NCBI GenBank assembly: GCA_031408335.1
Contig: JANNWH010000014.1
Coordinates: forward strand, 8,784 to 72,783
Length of the DNA stretch: 64,000 bases
Origin: Flavobacteriales bacterium
Lineage (GTDB): Bacteria; Bacteroidota; Bacteroidia; Flavobacteriales; Flavobacteriaceae
Direction of reading: 5' to 3'
Shown: one piece after another, positions 19,395-29,181 of the stretch
How positions within the stretch are numbered: position 1 is the first letter of the stretch
Layout: every line of letters begins with the position of its first letter
The notes under the pieces: model-generated
What the model saw: only the letters and a program-made list of their open reading frames with translations
What the model was told of the DNA's origin: nothing
Databases searched by the model: none
Translations under genes and position numbers: made by a program

Positions 19395-21785
19395 ATGAAA
19401 CGAATAATTAAAAAAGTGGCAGTAGTAGGATCCGGAATAATGGGATCTGGTATTGCTTGTCATTTTGCTAACATCGGTTTGGAAGTATTACTACTAGACA
19501 TCGTTCCCAATGCATTAACTGAAACTGAAGAAAAGAAAGGATTGAGTCTTGAATGTAAAACAGTTCGCAATCGTATTGTAAACGAACATCTAGCAAATGC
19601 CTTAAAATCAAACCCTTCTCCTATTTACAATCAGAAGTTTGCCAACAGAATTACAACTGGTAATACTACTGATGATATGTCAAAAATAGCCAATTATGAT
19701 TGGATTATAGAAGTAGTTGTAGAAAGATTGGATATCAAAAAATTAGTATTTGAACAAATCGACAAATTCCGTAAACCTGGAACATTAATAACTTCAAACA
19801 CTTCCGGTATTCCAATTCATTTTATGAGTGAAGGACGAAGTGATGATTTTCAAGCACATTTCTGCGGTACGCATTTCTTTAATCCTGCCCGTTATTTAAA
19901 ATTGTTTGAAATTATTCCAGGTCCGAAAACTTCATCAATGGTATTGGATTTTCTATTTGATTATGGATCTAAATATTTAGGAAAAACTTCTGTAATAGCT
20001 AACGACACTCCGGCATTCATCGGAAATCGTATCGGAATTTTCGGAATCCAAAGTTTATTTCACTTGGTAAATGAAATGGGATTAACCATTGAAGAAGTGG
20101 ATAAATTAACCGGACCCGTAATTGGTCGACCTAAATCGGCTACTTTTAGAACTGTTGACGTTGTTGGTTTAGATACGTTAGTGCACGTAGCCAACGGAAT
20201 TTACGAAAACTGTCCCAACGACGAAGCACATGATTTATTCAAACTGCCCGATTTCATTAATAAAATGATGGAAAACAAATGGTTGGGGAGCAAAACCGGT
20301 CAAGGTTTCTACAAAAAAGAAGGAAAGGATATTTTATCATTAGACTTAAATACTTTAGAATATAGAGCTGCTAAAAAAGCTTCCTTCGCTACTTTAGAAT
20401 TAACAAAAACTATCGACAAACCTATTGATCGTTTTAAAGTTTTGGTAAAAGGAAAAGACAAAGCAGGTGATTTTTACAGAAAAAATTTCGCAGCTATGTT
20501 TGCCTATTGTTCTAATCGAGTTCCTGAAATTACCGACGAATTCTACAAAATCGACGATGCTATGAAAGCAGGTTTCGGTTGGGAAAATGGACCATTTGAA
20601 ATTTGGGATGCTATTGGTGTTGAAAAAGGAATCACATTAATGCAAGCCGAAGGTTATGAGCCATCTACATGGGTTACAGATATGTTAGGTTCTGGTAACT
20701 CTAGTTTTTATTCAATTAAAGAAGGTGCTACTTATTTTTATAATATCCCAACAAAATCTCAAAACAAAATTCCAGGACAAGATAGTTTTATCATCTTAAA
20801 CAATATCCGAGAAAGCAAAAAAGTATGGAGCAATAGCGGAGCTGTTATTACTGATATTGGCGATGGTATTTTGAATTTAGAATTCCAAAGTAAAATGAAT
20901 ACCATTGGTGGCGACGTTTTAACTGCTATCAATAAAGGAATTGATTTAGCCGAAACTTCTTATAATGGTTTAGTAATTGCAAATCAAGCAGCCAATTTTA
21001 CTGTTGGCGCCAATATCGGAATGATTTTTATGATGGCTGTCGAACAAGAATACGAAGAGTTAAATATGGCTATTAAGTATTTCCAAGATACTATGATGCG
21101 GGTGCGCTACTCGTCTACTCCTGTTATTGTGGCGCCACACGGAATGACATTAGGTGGCGGTTGCGAAATGACCATGCACGCAGACAGAGTGGTTGCTGCT
21201 GCCGAAAGTTATATTGGTTTGGTTGAATTTGGAGTTGGTGTAATTCCGGGTGGTGGTGGATCTAAAGAAATGGCGTTACGTGCATCTGATTTATTCCATA
21301 AAAATGATGTTGAACTGAATGTCTTGCAAGAATATTTCTTAGCTGTTGCAATGGCAAAAGTGTCTACTTCAGCTTATGAAGCATTTGATTTAGGAATTTT
21401 ACAAAAAGGAAAAGATATTGTCGTTGTAAATAAAGACCGACAAATTGCAGTTGCTAAACAAATAGCATTACAAATGTCTGAACAAGGCTATACACAACCT
21501 ATTCAACGCAAAGATGTAAAAGTATTAGGAAAACAAGCACTCGGAATGTTTTTAGTTGGAACCAATCAAATGGTGGCTGGAAAATACATCTCCGAACACG
21601 ATTTAAAAATTGCCAATAAACTAGCTTATGTTATGGCTGGTGGCGATTTATCAGAACCAACTTTAGTTAGTGAACAATATTTATTGGATATTGAAAGAGA
21701 AGCATTTTTATCCCTTTGTACTGAAAGAAAAACATTGGAAAGAATTCAGTTTATGTTAACTAAAGGAAAACCGTTAAGAAATTAA
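19395..21785 (+). CDS. fadN: 3-hydroxyacyl-CoA dehydrogenase / enoyl-CoA hydratase
   Basis: VVGSGIMGSG, SNTSGIPI, HFFNPARY; C-terminal crotonase domain TLGGGCE; start MKRIIKK. Confidence 0.93.
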   Translation: MKRIIKKVAVVGSGIMGSGIACHFANIGLEVLLLDIVPNALTETEEKKGLSLECKTVRNRIVNEHLANALKSNPSPIYNQKFANRITTGNTTDDMSKIANYDWIIEVVVERLDIKKLVFEQIDKFRKPGTLITSNTSGIPIHFMSEGRSDDFQAHFCGTHFFNPARYLKLFEIIPGPKTSSMVLDFLFDYGSKYLGKTSVIANDTPAFIGNRIGIFGIQSLFHLVNEMGLTIEEVDKLTGPVIGRPKSATFRTVDVVGLDTLVHVANGIYENCPNDEAHDLFKLPDFINKMMENKWLGSKTGQGFYKKEGKDILSLDLNTLEYRAAKKASFATLELTKTIDKPIDRFKVLVKGKDKAGDFYRKNFAAMFAYCSNRVPEITDEFYKIDDAMKAGFGWENGPFEIWDAIGVEKGITLMQAEGYEPSTWVTDMLGSGNSSFYSIKEGATYFYNIPTKSQNKIPGQDSFIILNNIRESKKVWSNSGAVITDIGDGILNLEFQSKMNTIGGDVLTAINKGIDLAETSYNGLVIANQAANFTVGANIGMIFMMAVEQEYEELNMAIKYFQDTMMRVRYSSTPVIVAPHGMTLGGGCEMTMHADRVVAAAESYIGLVEFGVGVIPGGGGSKEMALRASDLFHKNDVELNVLQEYFLAVAMAKVSTSAYEAFDLGILQKGKDIVVVNKDRQIAVAKQIALQMSEQGYTQPIQRKDVKVLGKQALGMFLVGTNQMVAGKYISEHDLKIANKLAYVMAGGDLSEPTLVSEQYLLDIEREAFLSLCTERKTLERIQFMLTKGKPLRN

Positions 21786-22413
21786 ACTTCGTAGAGGTGA
21801 CCTGTTACTAGAAAATGATTTACAATCATTTTTAAAATATGTTAAATTCAAAAAGCTCCGTAGGTGCGACCTGTTTATATGGCAAATACGTATTCACAAA
21901 TTTATATTCAAATTGTTTTTGCAGTTAAAGGAAGACAAAACCTTATTTCTAAAGAAAACCGTGAAGAGTTGCATAAATTTATTACAGGTATCGTTACCAA
22001 TAGAGAACAAAAATTACTAGCTATTTTCGCAATGCCAGATCATATCCATATTTTGGTGGGAATAAAACCAAACATTTTAATTTCAGATTTAGTAAGAGAC
22101 ATAAAAGCAGTTTCGTCAAAATTTATAAACGACAATAAATGGATAAACGGAAAATTCAATTGGCAAGAAGGTTTTGGAGTATTTTCTTATTCTAAAAGCA
22201 ATTTAGATAATGTTGTTAAATACATTCTAAACCAAGAAGAACACCATAAGAAAAAAACATTTAAAGATGAATATTTAGATTTTTTAGAAAAATTTGAAAT
22301 TGAATATAATGAAAAATATGTTTTTGAATGGATTGAATAATTAACAGGTCGCTCCTACGGAGCTTCAAAAAAAGAAATAAAATCACAACAAATAACAGTT
22401 TACCTCTACGAGG
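21786..22413. mobile_element. IS200/RAYT-like element bounded by nested inverted GTAG hairpin repeats
   Basis: AAGCTCCGTAGGTGCGACCTGTT (21853-21875) vs inverted copy 22343-22365 (22/23); outer pair 21787-21807 vs 22393-22413 (18/21). Confidence 0.8.
21879..22340 (+). CDS. tnpA: Y1 HUH transposase (IS200/IS605 TnpA or RAYT-like)
   Basis: MANTYSQ start, MPDHIHIL (HUH), WQEGFGVFS, VVKYILNQEEHH (catalytic Tyr). Confidence 0.92.
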   Translation: MANTYSQIYIQIVFAVKGRQNLISKENREELHKFITGIVTNREQKLLAIFAMPDHIHILVGIKPNILISDLVRDIKAVSSKFINDNKWINGKFNWQEGFGVFSYSKSNLDNVVKYILNQEEHHKKKTFKDEYLDFLEKFEIEYNEKYVFEWIE

Positions 22414-22454
22414 CAATATAAAAAAAATAGATTTTTATTAATACAAAATATAGT

Positions 22455-23642
22455 ATGAAAAACACAACCGCATACATAGTTGCAGGTTTCAGAACTGCCG
22501 TTGGAAAAGCACCAAAAGGAGTTTTCCGTTTCAAACGTCCTGATGAATTAGCTGCAGAAACAATCGAACATTTGATGGCTCAATTTCCAGATTTCGACAA
22601 AAAAAGAATTGATGACGTAATGGTTGGAAATGCCATGCCAGAAGCCGAACAAGGTTTAAATGTAGGTCGGTTGATTTCCCTAATGGGATTAAAAGTAACC
22701 GATGTTCCTGGTGTAACCGTTAACAGATATTGCGCTTCCGGATTAGAAACTATCGGAATGGCAACTGCTAAAATTCAAAGCGGAATGGCCGACTGTATCA
22801 TTGCAGGTGGAGCAGAAAGCATGAGTTTCATTCCAATGGGAGGTTACAAACCAACTCCAGATTACGCAGTGGCGAAAGCAGGAAACGAGGATTATTATTG
22901 GGGAATGGGGCTTACAGCAGAAGCAGTTGCCAAGCAATTCAATATCTCTCGTGAAGATCAAGATGAATTTGCTTTTAACTCTCATCAAAAAGCATTAAAA
23001 GCGCAAGCAGAAGGTAAATTCGATAAACAAATAGTTCCGATTACTGTCGAGCAAACGTTCATCAATGAAAATGGAAAGAAAGAAACCAAATCGTATACGG
23101 TAGCCAAAGATGAAGGTCCTAGAGCCGATACCAATACAATTGCTTTAGCCAAACTAAAACCTGTTTTTGCAGCTGATGGTTCTGTAACTGCAGGAAATTC
23201 TTCTCAAATGAGTGACGGTGCTGCTTTTGTTTTAATTATGGGCGAAGAATTGGTTAAAGAATTAAACATCACTCCTATTGCACGACTAGTAAATTTTGCC
23301 TCTGCTGGTGTTGAACCTAGAATTATGGGAATTGGTCCAGTGAAAGCGATTCCGAAAGCATTAAAACAAGCAGGTTTGAATTTAAATGATATTGGATTAA
23401 TTGAATTAAACGAAGCTTTTGCATCGCAAGCATTAGCAGTTACTCGTGAACTAAACTTAAATCCTGAAATTATAAATGTTAATGGTGGTGCAATTGCTTT
23501 AGGCCATCCTTTAGGTTGTACCGGAGCAAAATTATCGGTGCAATTATTTGATGAAATGAAACGCCGTGGCGATAAATATGGAATTGTTTCTATGTGTGTG
23601 GGAACAGGGCAAGGAAGTGCTGGGATTTATGAATTATTGTAA
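22455..23642 (+). CDS. fadA: Acetyl-CoA C-acyltransferase (thiolase)
   Basis: VNRYCASG, NEAFA, GHPLGCTGA, CVGTGQG. Confidence 0.95.
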   Translation: MKNTTAYIVAGFRTAVGKAPKGVFRFKRPDELAAETIEHLMAQFPDFDKKRIDDVMVGNAMPEAEQGLNVGRLISLMGLKVTDVPGVTVNRYCASGLETIGMATAKIQSGMADCIIAGGAESMSFIPMGGYKPTPDYAVAKAGNEDYYWGMGLTAEAVAKQFNISREDQDEFAFNSHQKALKAQAEGKFDKQIVPITVEQTFINENGKKETKSYTVAKDEGPRADTNTIALAKLKPVFAADGSVTAGNSSQMSDGAAFVLIMGEELVKELNITPIARLVNFASAGVEPRIMGIGPVKAIPKALKQAGLNLNDIGLIELNEAFASQALAVTRELNLNPEIINVNGGAIALGHPLGCTGAKLSVQLFDEMKRRGDKYGIVSMCVGTGQGSAGIYELL

Positions 23643-23663
23643 AAAAGAAGAAAGAAGCGAGAG

Positions 23664-23690
23664 TCAAGAATCAAGAATCAAGATTAAGAT
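23664..23690 (+). repeat. TCAAGAA heptamer array upstream of four-helix gene 1
   Basis: TCAAGAA TCAAGAA TCAAGAT TAAGAT. Confidence 0.75.
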
Positions 23691-23717
23691 GAAAAATATA
23701 AACCAAAAAAATAAAAT

Positions 23718-24082
23718 ATGCGCCACAACTTTAAAAACCTTAAAATTTGGATATTATCGAAGGAAATAGCTTCAGATATTCATCAAATAGGATTAACATT
23801 TCCAAAGAATGAGATTTATGGATTGGTAAATCAAATGAATAGATGTGCTGTTTCAATGCCATCAAATATTGCAGAGGGTTCAAATAGAAATAAAAAACAT
23901 TTTCAATATTATCTGAATGTTAGTTTAGGTTCGTCATTTGAATTACAAACACAATTGTTGATTGCAAATAAAATTCTTATTTACCAATAGAAAAAACTAT
24001 AGAAATAGAAAATAAAATAATTGAATTTCAAAAGATGACATCAGGATTTATTGTCAAGTTAGATTCAGATCTTTCTTCTTGA
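23718..24082 (+). pseudogene. Four-helix-bundle protein (23S rRNA IVP/TIGR02436-like), apparently frameshifted
   Basis: HNFKNLKIW, FPKNEIYGLVNQMNRCAVSMPSNIAEG, GSSFELQTQL; stop at 23990, but adding one A near 23968-23972 gives NKNSYLPIEKTIEIENKIIEFQKM...SS* ending 24082 (121 aa). Confidence 0.8.
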
Positions 24083-24103
24083 TTCTTGCATCTTTTATCT
24101 AAA
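24076..24103 (-). repeat. Inverted heptamer copies downstream of four-helix gene 1
   Basis: TTCTTGA TTCTTGC ATCTTTT ATCTAAA; 24076-24088 is the exact reverse complement of 23665-23677. Confidence 0.7.
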
Positions 24104-24113
24104 ACCAAAAAAA

Positions 24114-25904
24114 ATGAGCGATATTACAAGAGGAGGACAATTCCTAGTTAAAGAAACCAAATGTGAAGACATCTTTACACCAGAAGATTTCTCAGAAGAA
24201 CAATTTATGATGCGTGATTCTGTAAAAGAATTTGCGGATAAAGAATTATGGGCACACAAAGATAAATTCGAGAAAAAGGATTATGCTTACACCGAATCTA
24301 CTATGCGCAAAGCAGGAGAAATGGGGTTTTTAGGCGTAGCTGTTCCAGAAGCTTATGGCGGAATGGGAATGGGATTTGTAGATACTTGTTTAGTATGTGA
24401 TTATATTTCAGGTGCAACAGGTTCGTTTTCAACCGCTTTTGGTGCTCATACCGGAATTGGAACAATGCCAATAACACTATACGGAAACGAAGAACAAAAG
24501 CAAAAATATGTACCAAAATTAGCTTCTGGCGAATGGTTTGGTGCGTATTGCTTAACAGAACCAGGAGCAGGAAGTGATGCTAATTCAGGAAAAACAAAAG
24601 CTGTTTTATCTGAAGATGGAACGCATTATAAAATCACTGGACAAAAAATGTGGATTTCAAACGCTGGATTTTGTTCTGTATTCATCGTTTTTGCTCGTAT
24701 TGGTGATGATAAAAATATTACTGGTTTCATTATTGAAAATGATTCGAATAACGGAATTACGATGAATGAAGAAGAACATAAATTAGGCATTCGTGCTTCT
24801 TCAACGCGTCAAGTTTTCTTTGCGGATACTAAAGTTCCAGTTGAAAATATGTTGTCTGAAAGAGGAAACGGATTTAAAATTGCAATGAATTCTTTAAATG
24901 TAGGACGAATTAAATTGGCTGCTGCTTGTTTGGATGCGCAACGTAGAGTAACTTCAAATGCAGTTAATTATGCTAATGAAAGAATACAATTTGATGTTGC
25001 TATCGCTACTTTTGGTGCTATTCGTTATAAATTAGCCGAAATGGCAACCAGTTGTTATGCTGGAGAAAGTGCTACTTACAGAGCTGCAAAAGATATTGAA
25101 AACAGAATTAAAATGCGTGAAGCAGATGGAAATTCGCACCAAGAAGCAGAATTGAAAGGTGTTGAAGAATTTGCAATCGAATGTTCTATCCTAAAAGTTG
25201 CCGTTTCAGAAGATGTCCAAAATTGTGCCGATGAAGGAATTCAAATTTATGGCGGAATGGGATTTTCTGAAGATACACCAATGGAAAGTGCTTGGCGTGA
25301 TGCTCGTATTGCTAGAATTTACGAAGGTACGAACGAAATAAATCGAATGTTATCGGTTGGAATGCTAATTAAAAAAGCGTTTAAAGGTCATGTTGATTTA
25401 TTAGGACCAGCTTCTAAAGTTCAAGAAGAATTAATGGGAATTCCTTCATTCGATACGCCTGATTACTCTGAATTATTTGCTGAAGAAAAAGAACTTATCG
25501 GAAAATTAAAAAAAGCATTTTTAATGGTTGCTGGTGGTGCAGTACAAAAATACGGTCCCGAATTGGACGGACACCAACAATTACTTATGGCTGCAGCCGA
25601 TATTTTAATTGAAATTTATATGGCCGAAAGCACCTTGTTACGTACAGAAAAAATGGCTAAAAAACAAGGCGAAGATAAAGTGAAAGAACAAATAGCTATG
25701 GCTAAGTTATACTTATACAAAGCAGTAGATGTGGTTACTCAAAAAGGAAAAGAAAGTATCATCTCTTTTGCCGAAGGCGATGAACAACGTATGATGCTTA
25801 TGGGTTTACGCCGTTTTACCAAATACACCAATATGCCAAACATTGTGGCATTAAGAGAAACTATTACCACCAAGTTAGTGGCGGAAAATAGCTATTGTTT
25901 TTAG
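24114..25904 (+). CDS. Acyl-CoA dehydrogenase
   Basis: YCLTEPGAGSDA, GQKMWISN, IQIYGGMGF, RIYEGTNEI. Confidence 0.95.
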   Translation: MSDITRGGQFLVKETKCEDIFTPEDFSEEQFMMRDSVKEFADKELWAHKDKFEKKDYAYTESTMRKAGEMGFLGVAVPEAYGGMGMGFVDTCLVCDYISGATGSFSTAFGAHTGIGTMPITLYGNEEQKQKYVPKLASGEWFGAYCLTEPGAGSDANSGKTKAVLSEDGTHYKITGQKMWISNAGFCSVFIVFARIGDDKNITGFIIENDSNNGITMNEEEHKLGIRASSTRQVFFADTKVPVENMLSERGNGFKIAMNSLNVGRIKLAAACLDAQRRVTSNAVNYANERIQFDVAIATFGAIRYKLAEMATSCYAGESATYRAAKDIENRIKMREADGNSHQEAELKGVEEFAIECSILKVAVSEDVQNCADEGIQIYGGMGFSEDTPMESAWRDARIARIYEGTNEINRMLSVGMLIKKAFKGHVDLLGPASKVQEELMGIPSFDTPDYSELFAEEKELIGKLKKAFLMVAGGAVQKYGPELDGHQQLLMAAADILIEIYMAESTLLRTEKMAKKQGEDKVKEQIAMAKLYLYKAVDVVTQKGKESIISFAEGDEQRMMLMGLRRFTKYTNMPNIVALRETITTKLVAENSYCF

Positions 25905-25925
25905 TTCTAAGTTAAGTTAATAAGG

Positions 25926-25960
25926 AAGAAGCCATTTGAATTTTCAGGTGGCTTTTTTTT
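25926..25960 (+). terminator. Intrinsic terminator of fad operon
   Basis: AAGCCATTTGAA-tt-TTCAGGTGGCTT plus T run. Confidence 0.75.
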
Positions 25961-25988
25961 GTACTTTAGCATAACTAAAAACTATCTT

Positions 25989-27290
25989 ATGAACATTAAA
26001 ATCATCTTACTATTATTAATTTTTACTTCCTCACTTTTGGGACAATCCAAAAATGAAAAAAAAATACTAACTGCTGTTGATGCAAGAACTCCTGCAGCCA
26101 TTGAACTTTTGAAAAAAGTAGTAAACATAAATAGTGGAACTATGAATTTTGAAGGTATTCGCAAAGTGGGTAACGTTTTTATGGAGCAGTTAAAAACCAT
26201 TGGGTTTGAAACTCGTTGGGCTTCGGGTGATTCTTTTAATCGTGCTGGCCATTTGGTGGCAGTTCATAAAGGAACAAAAGGACCCAAATTATTACTCATT
26301 GGTCATCTTGATACTGTATTTGAAAAAGACAGTCCGTTTCAATCCTATACCATGGTAAATGACTCAATTATTCATGGTCCAGGAGTTGCTGATATGAAAG
26401 GTGGCGATGTTATAATGATAGTAGCGCTGCAAGCATTATTCGATGCCGGAGTACTTAAAAACATGAATATCGAAATTGTGATGACAGGCGATGAAGAGTT
26501 GAGTGGCGAACCACTTGCTCTTTCTAAACTCGAAATTGTAGAAGCGGCAAAAAGAGCCGATATTGCCATTTGTTATGAAGATGGTGATGGACTTGCAACA
26601 ACCGCTTTAACATCAAGACGCGGCGCTGCTGATTGGATTCTTACCGTTAAAGGAAATGCCGCACACTCTTCTCAAATTTTTACAGATAATGTTGGTGTTG
26701 GTGCTATTTATAATGCATCACGAATTCTTAATGAATTTTATATTCAGCTGAATAAGGAAGAAAATTTAACCATCAATCCGGGTGTAATTTTAGGTGGAAA
26801 TAAAATAGCGTATGATGCTTCCACTAATACTGGAACTGCTTTTGGTAAAGACAATATTGTTGCACAAGAGGTGTATGTAAAAGGTGATTTAAGAGCCGTA
26901 TCTGCAACACAATTAGAAAAAGCACAAAAAATAATGACGGATATTGCAGCAGCCAATTATCCTGGAACTTCAGCTAGTATCGATTTTGGCGATGGAGGTT
27001 ATCCTCCAATGACCTTAACTGAAGGCAATAAAAAACTATTGGGTTATTTTAATCAAGTAAGTGTTGATCTCGGTTTTGGAACACAAACGGCTACCAATCC
27101 ACGCAAAGCTGGCGCAGCCGACATTTCATTTGCAAGCACTTATGTTGAAATGGCGTTGGATGGAATAGGACTTCCTGGAGCTGATGGTCATACGATTAAA
27201 GAAACCGCCAATATTGATTATTTACCTATTGAAGCTAAACGCTCAGCCGTTCTCATTTACAGATTGCTGAATGGTAATTTAAAGCAATAA
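25989..27290 (+). CDS. Exported M20/M25/M40 metallopeptidase (glutamate carboxypeptidase-like)
   Basis: Signal peptide; GHLDTVF, DMKGG, GDEE, AAHSS, GAADISF. Confidence 0.9.
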   Translation: MNIKIILLLLIFTSSLLGQSKNEKKILTAVDARTPAAIELLKKVVNINSGTMNFEGIRKVGNVFMEQLKTIGFETRWASGDSFNRAGHLVAVHKGTKGPKLLLIGHLDTVFEKDSPFQSYTMVNDSIIHGPGVADMKGGDVIMIVALQALFDAGVLKNMNIEIVMTGDEELSGEPLALSKLEIVEAAKRADIAICYEDGDGLATTALTSRRGAADWILTVKGNAAHSSQIFTDNVGVGAIYNASRILNEFYIQLNKEENLTINPGVILGGNKIAYDASTNTGTAFGKDNIVAQEVYVKGDLRAVSATQLEKAQKIMTDIAAANYPGTSASIDFGDGGYPPMTLTEGNKKLLGYFNQVSVDLGFGTQTATNPRKAGAADISFASTYVEMALDGIGLPGADGHTIKETANIDYLPIEAKRSAVLIYRLLNGNLKQ

Positions 27291-27326
27291 AAAGATTCTT
27301 TACCCGAATAACTTAAATACTTAATT

Positions 27327-28364
27327 TTAAATTAAATCACATTCCCAATCCAATTTTTTTTTATACCACAATTGACCGTTAGAAACTGATAATGGACATT
27401 CAAAATTATTGGTGAATAAACCTCCCGTTCCTAATCCTTGTGGCATAGAATTTTGTTGCAAATACGTCCATTGGGCAATTGCATTCAATCCTATATTACT
27501 TTCTAAAGCAGAGGTAATCCACCAACCAATTTGGTGTTTTTTGGCCAATGTAATCCATTCGTTTGTGCCTCGAAATCCGCCTACCAAACTGGGTTTTAAA
27601 ATAATGTATTGTGGATTAATTTTAATCAATAATTGCTCTTTTTCTTGTAAAGAAAATACACCAATTAACTCTTCGTCTAAAGCAATTGGAATTGGAGTAA
27701 TTTTACACAACTCTGACATACTGTCAGCATGATTTTTTGCTATAGGCTGCTCTATGCTATGTAATTTATAACCAGTTAATTGATTTAATTTATATAAAGC
27801 TTCTGATTGACTAAAAGCACCGTTAGCATCGACTCTGATTTCTATAGTTTTCTCATCAAAATTCTGACGAATAAAGTGTAATAAATCGAGTTCTTTTTGA
27901 AAATCGATGGCGCCAATTTTGAGTTTGATACAACTAAAACCCTGAGCAATTTTTTCTTCAATTTGCTGCTTCATATATCCCTCCTCACCCATCCAAACCA
28001 ATCCGTTTATTAATATTGATTTTTCTCCTTTTGTAAACGAAGATGGAAACAATAAAAAAGGCATTTCGGAAGCTAAAGATTGGAACGCCATTTCGACTCC
28101 GAATTGTATGGAAGGAAATTCGATTAGTGCTTCCCAAAGCGAGTCAATTCCTAAATGAATATTAGCGCATGTCCATTGTAATTTTGCTTCGTAATCGGGA
28201 CGATCGTCACAACTTAGTCCACGTAATAAACCACACTCTCCTATTCCCTTTTTACCGTTTTCTTCGAGAATGATAAACCAGGTTTCTTTTTGCGTTAGAA
28301 TACCTCGGGAAGTTCCTGAAGGCTTTTTAAATTCGAGATTATATTTTTGATAAGTTGCCTTCAA
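27327..28364 (-). CDS. menC: o-succinylbenzoate synthase
   Basis: Likely TTG start (MKATYQKY); KLKIG, RVDANG, SIEQP, ALDEEL, ILKPSLVGG enolase-fold motifs. Confidence 0.9.
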   Translation of the reverse strand: MKATYQKYNLEFKKPSGTSRGILTQKETWFIILEENGKKGIGECGLLRGLSCDDRPDYEAKLQWTCANIHLGIDSLWEALIEFPSIQFGVEMAFQSLASEMPFLLFPSSFTKGEKSILINGLVWMGEEGYMKQQIEEKIAQGFSCIKLKIGAIDFQKELDLLHFIRQNFDEKTIEIRVDANGAFSQSEALYKLNQLTGYKLHSIEQPIAKNHADSMSELCKITPIPIALDEELIGVFSLQEKEQLLIKINPQYIILKPSLVGGFRGTNEWITLAKKHQIGWWITSALESNIGLNAIAQWTYLQQNSMPQGLGTGGLFTNNFECPLSVSNGQLWYKKKLDWECDLI

Positions 28365-28407
28365 ATGAATGGGATTTTTAGGGAAAATTTCATAGTAGCA
28401 GTAAACG

Positions 28408-28480
28408 CTAGCCCAGATCGCAGCGGTATCCTTTTGTGGAGTGCAACGCAACAAAAGATATAGCGCAGAGCTGGATTAGC
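28408..28480. repeat. Imperfect ~73-bp palindromic intergenic element
   Basis: GCTAGCCCAG...TATCCTTTTGT / ACAAAAGATA...CTGGATTAGC arms. Confidence 0.65.
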
Positions 28481-28485
28481 TTCAA

Positions 28486-29163
28486 CTACAACTTAATACT
28501 CTGACCGATATCGAGTAGCATTAAATCTTTACCAGCATCGAAGAATTTCTTTTTGGCTTCGTCGTGGTCTATTTTGATATAACCGAAAGTATCGTAATGA
28601 ATTCCGAGTACTTTGTCACAATCGACAAAATCGGCTGCTATTAGCGCGTCATCTACATCCATTGTAAAATTATTTCCGATACAAAGAATCGCCAAATCGA
28701 GTTTGGTTCTCATTGGAATAAGTTTCATATCCATTGTTAAAGCGGTATCGCCAGAAATATAGATGTTTTTGTGTTCACCTTCGATTACAAACCCAGCTGG
28801 ATTTCCGCCATAACTGCCATCGGTAAAAGAACTAGAATGAATTGCGCTAACCACTTTTACTTTTCCGAAATCGAATTGCCAACTTCCGCCGTGATTCATG
28901 GGATGGTATTGGAATCCTTTTTCTCCGAAATGAGCAGCGACTTCGTAGGTAGAAACAATAATCGCATTGGTTCGTTTTGCAATCGCTTCTACATCAAGCG
29001 TATGATCGTTGTGAGCATGAGTAAGCAGAATATAATCGGCTTTTAATGTATTGATATCGATATGAGAAGCATTAGGATTTCCTGAAATAAAAGGATCGAC
29101 TAAGATATTTTTTCCACTGACTTCTATTCCGATAGCCGAATGTCCGTAAAAGGTTATTTTCAT
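28486..29163 (-). CDS. Metallo-beta-lactamase-fold hydrolase (UPF0173)
   Basis: THAHNDH, HSSS, YISGDT, GIHYDTF. Confidence 0.9.
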   Translation of the reverse strand: MKITFYGHSAIGIEVSGKNILVDPFISGNPNASHIDINTLKADYILLTHAHNDHTLDVEAIAKRTNAIIVSTYEVAAHFGEKGFQYHPMNHGGSWQFDFGKVKVVSAIHSSSFTDGSYGGNPAGFVIEGEHKNIYISGDTALTMDMKLIPMRTKLDLAILCIGNNFTMDVDDALIAADFVDCDKVLGIHYDTFGYIKIDHDEAKKKFFDAGKDLMLLDIGQSIKL

Positions 29164-29181
29164 AGTTATTTACTATTAAAA

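Noticed and set aside
23566-23769. 67-aa ORF spanning the thiolase end and heptamer flank
   Set aside because: Out-of-frame overlap, low complexity derived from the repeats
28365-28454. N-terminal extension of MenC in the ORF track
   Set aside because: It runs through the palindromic element; recognisable MenC sequence begins at the TTG at 28364
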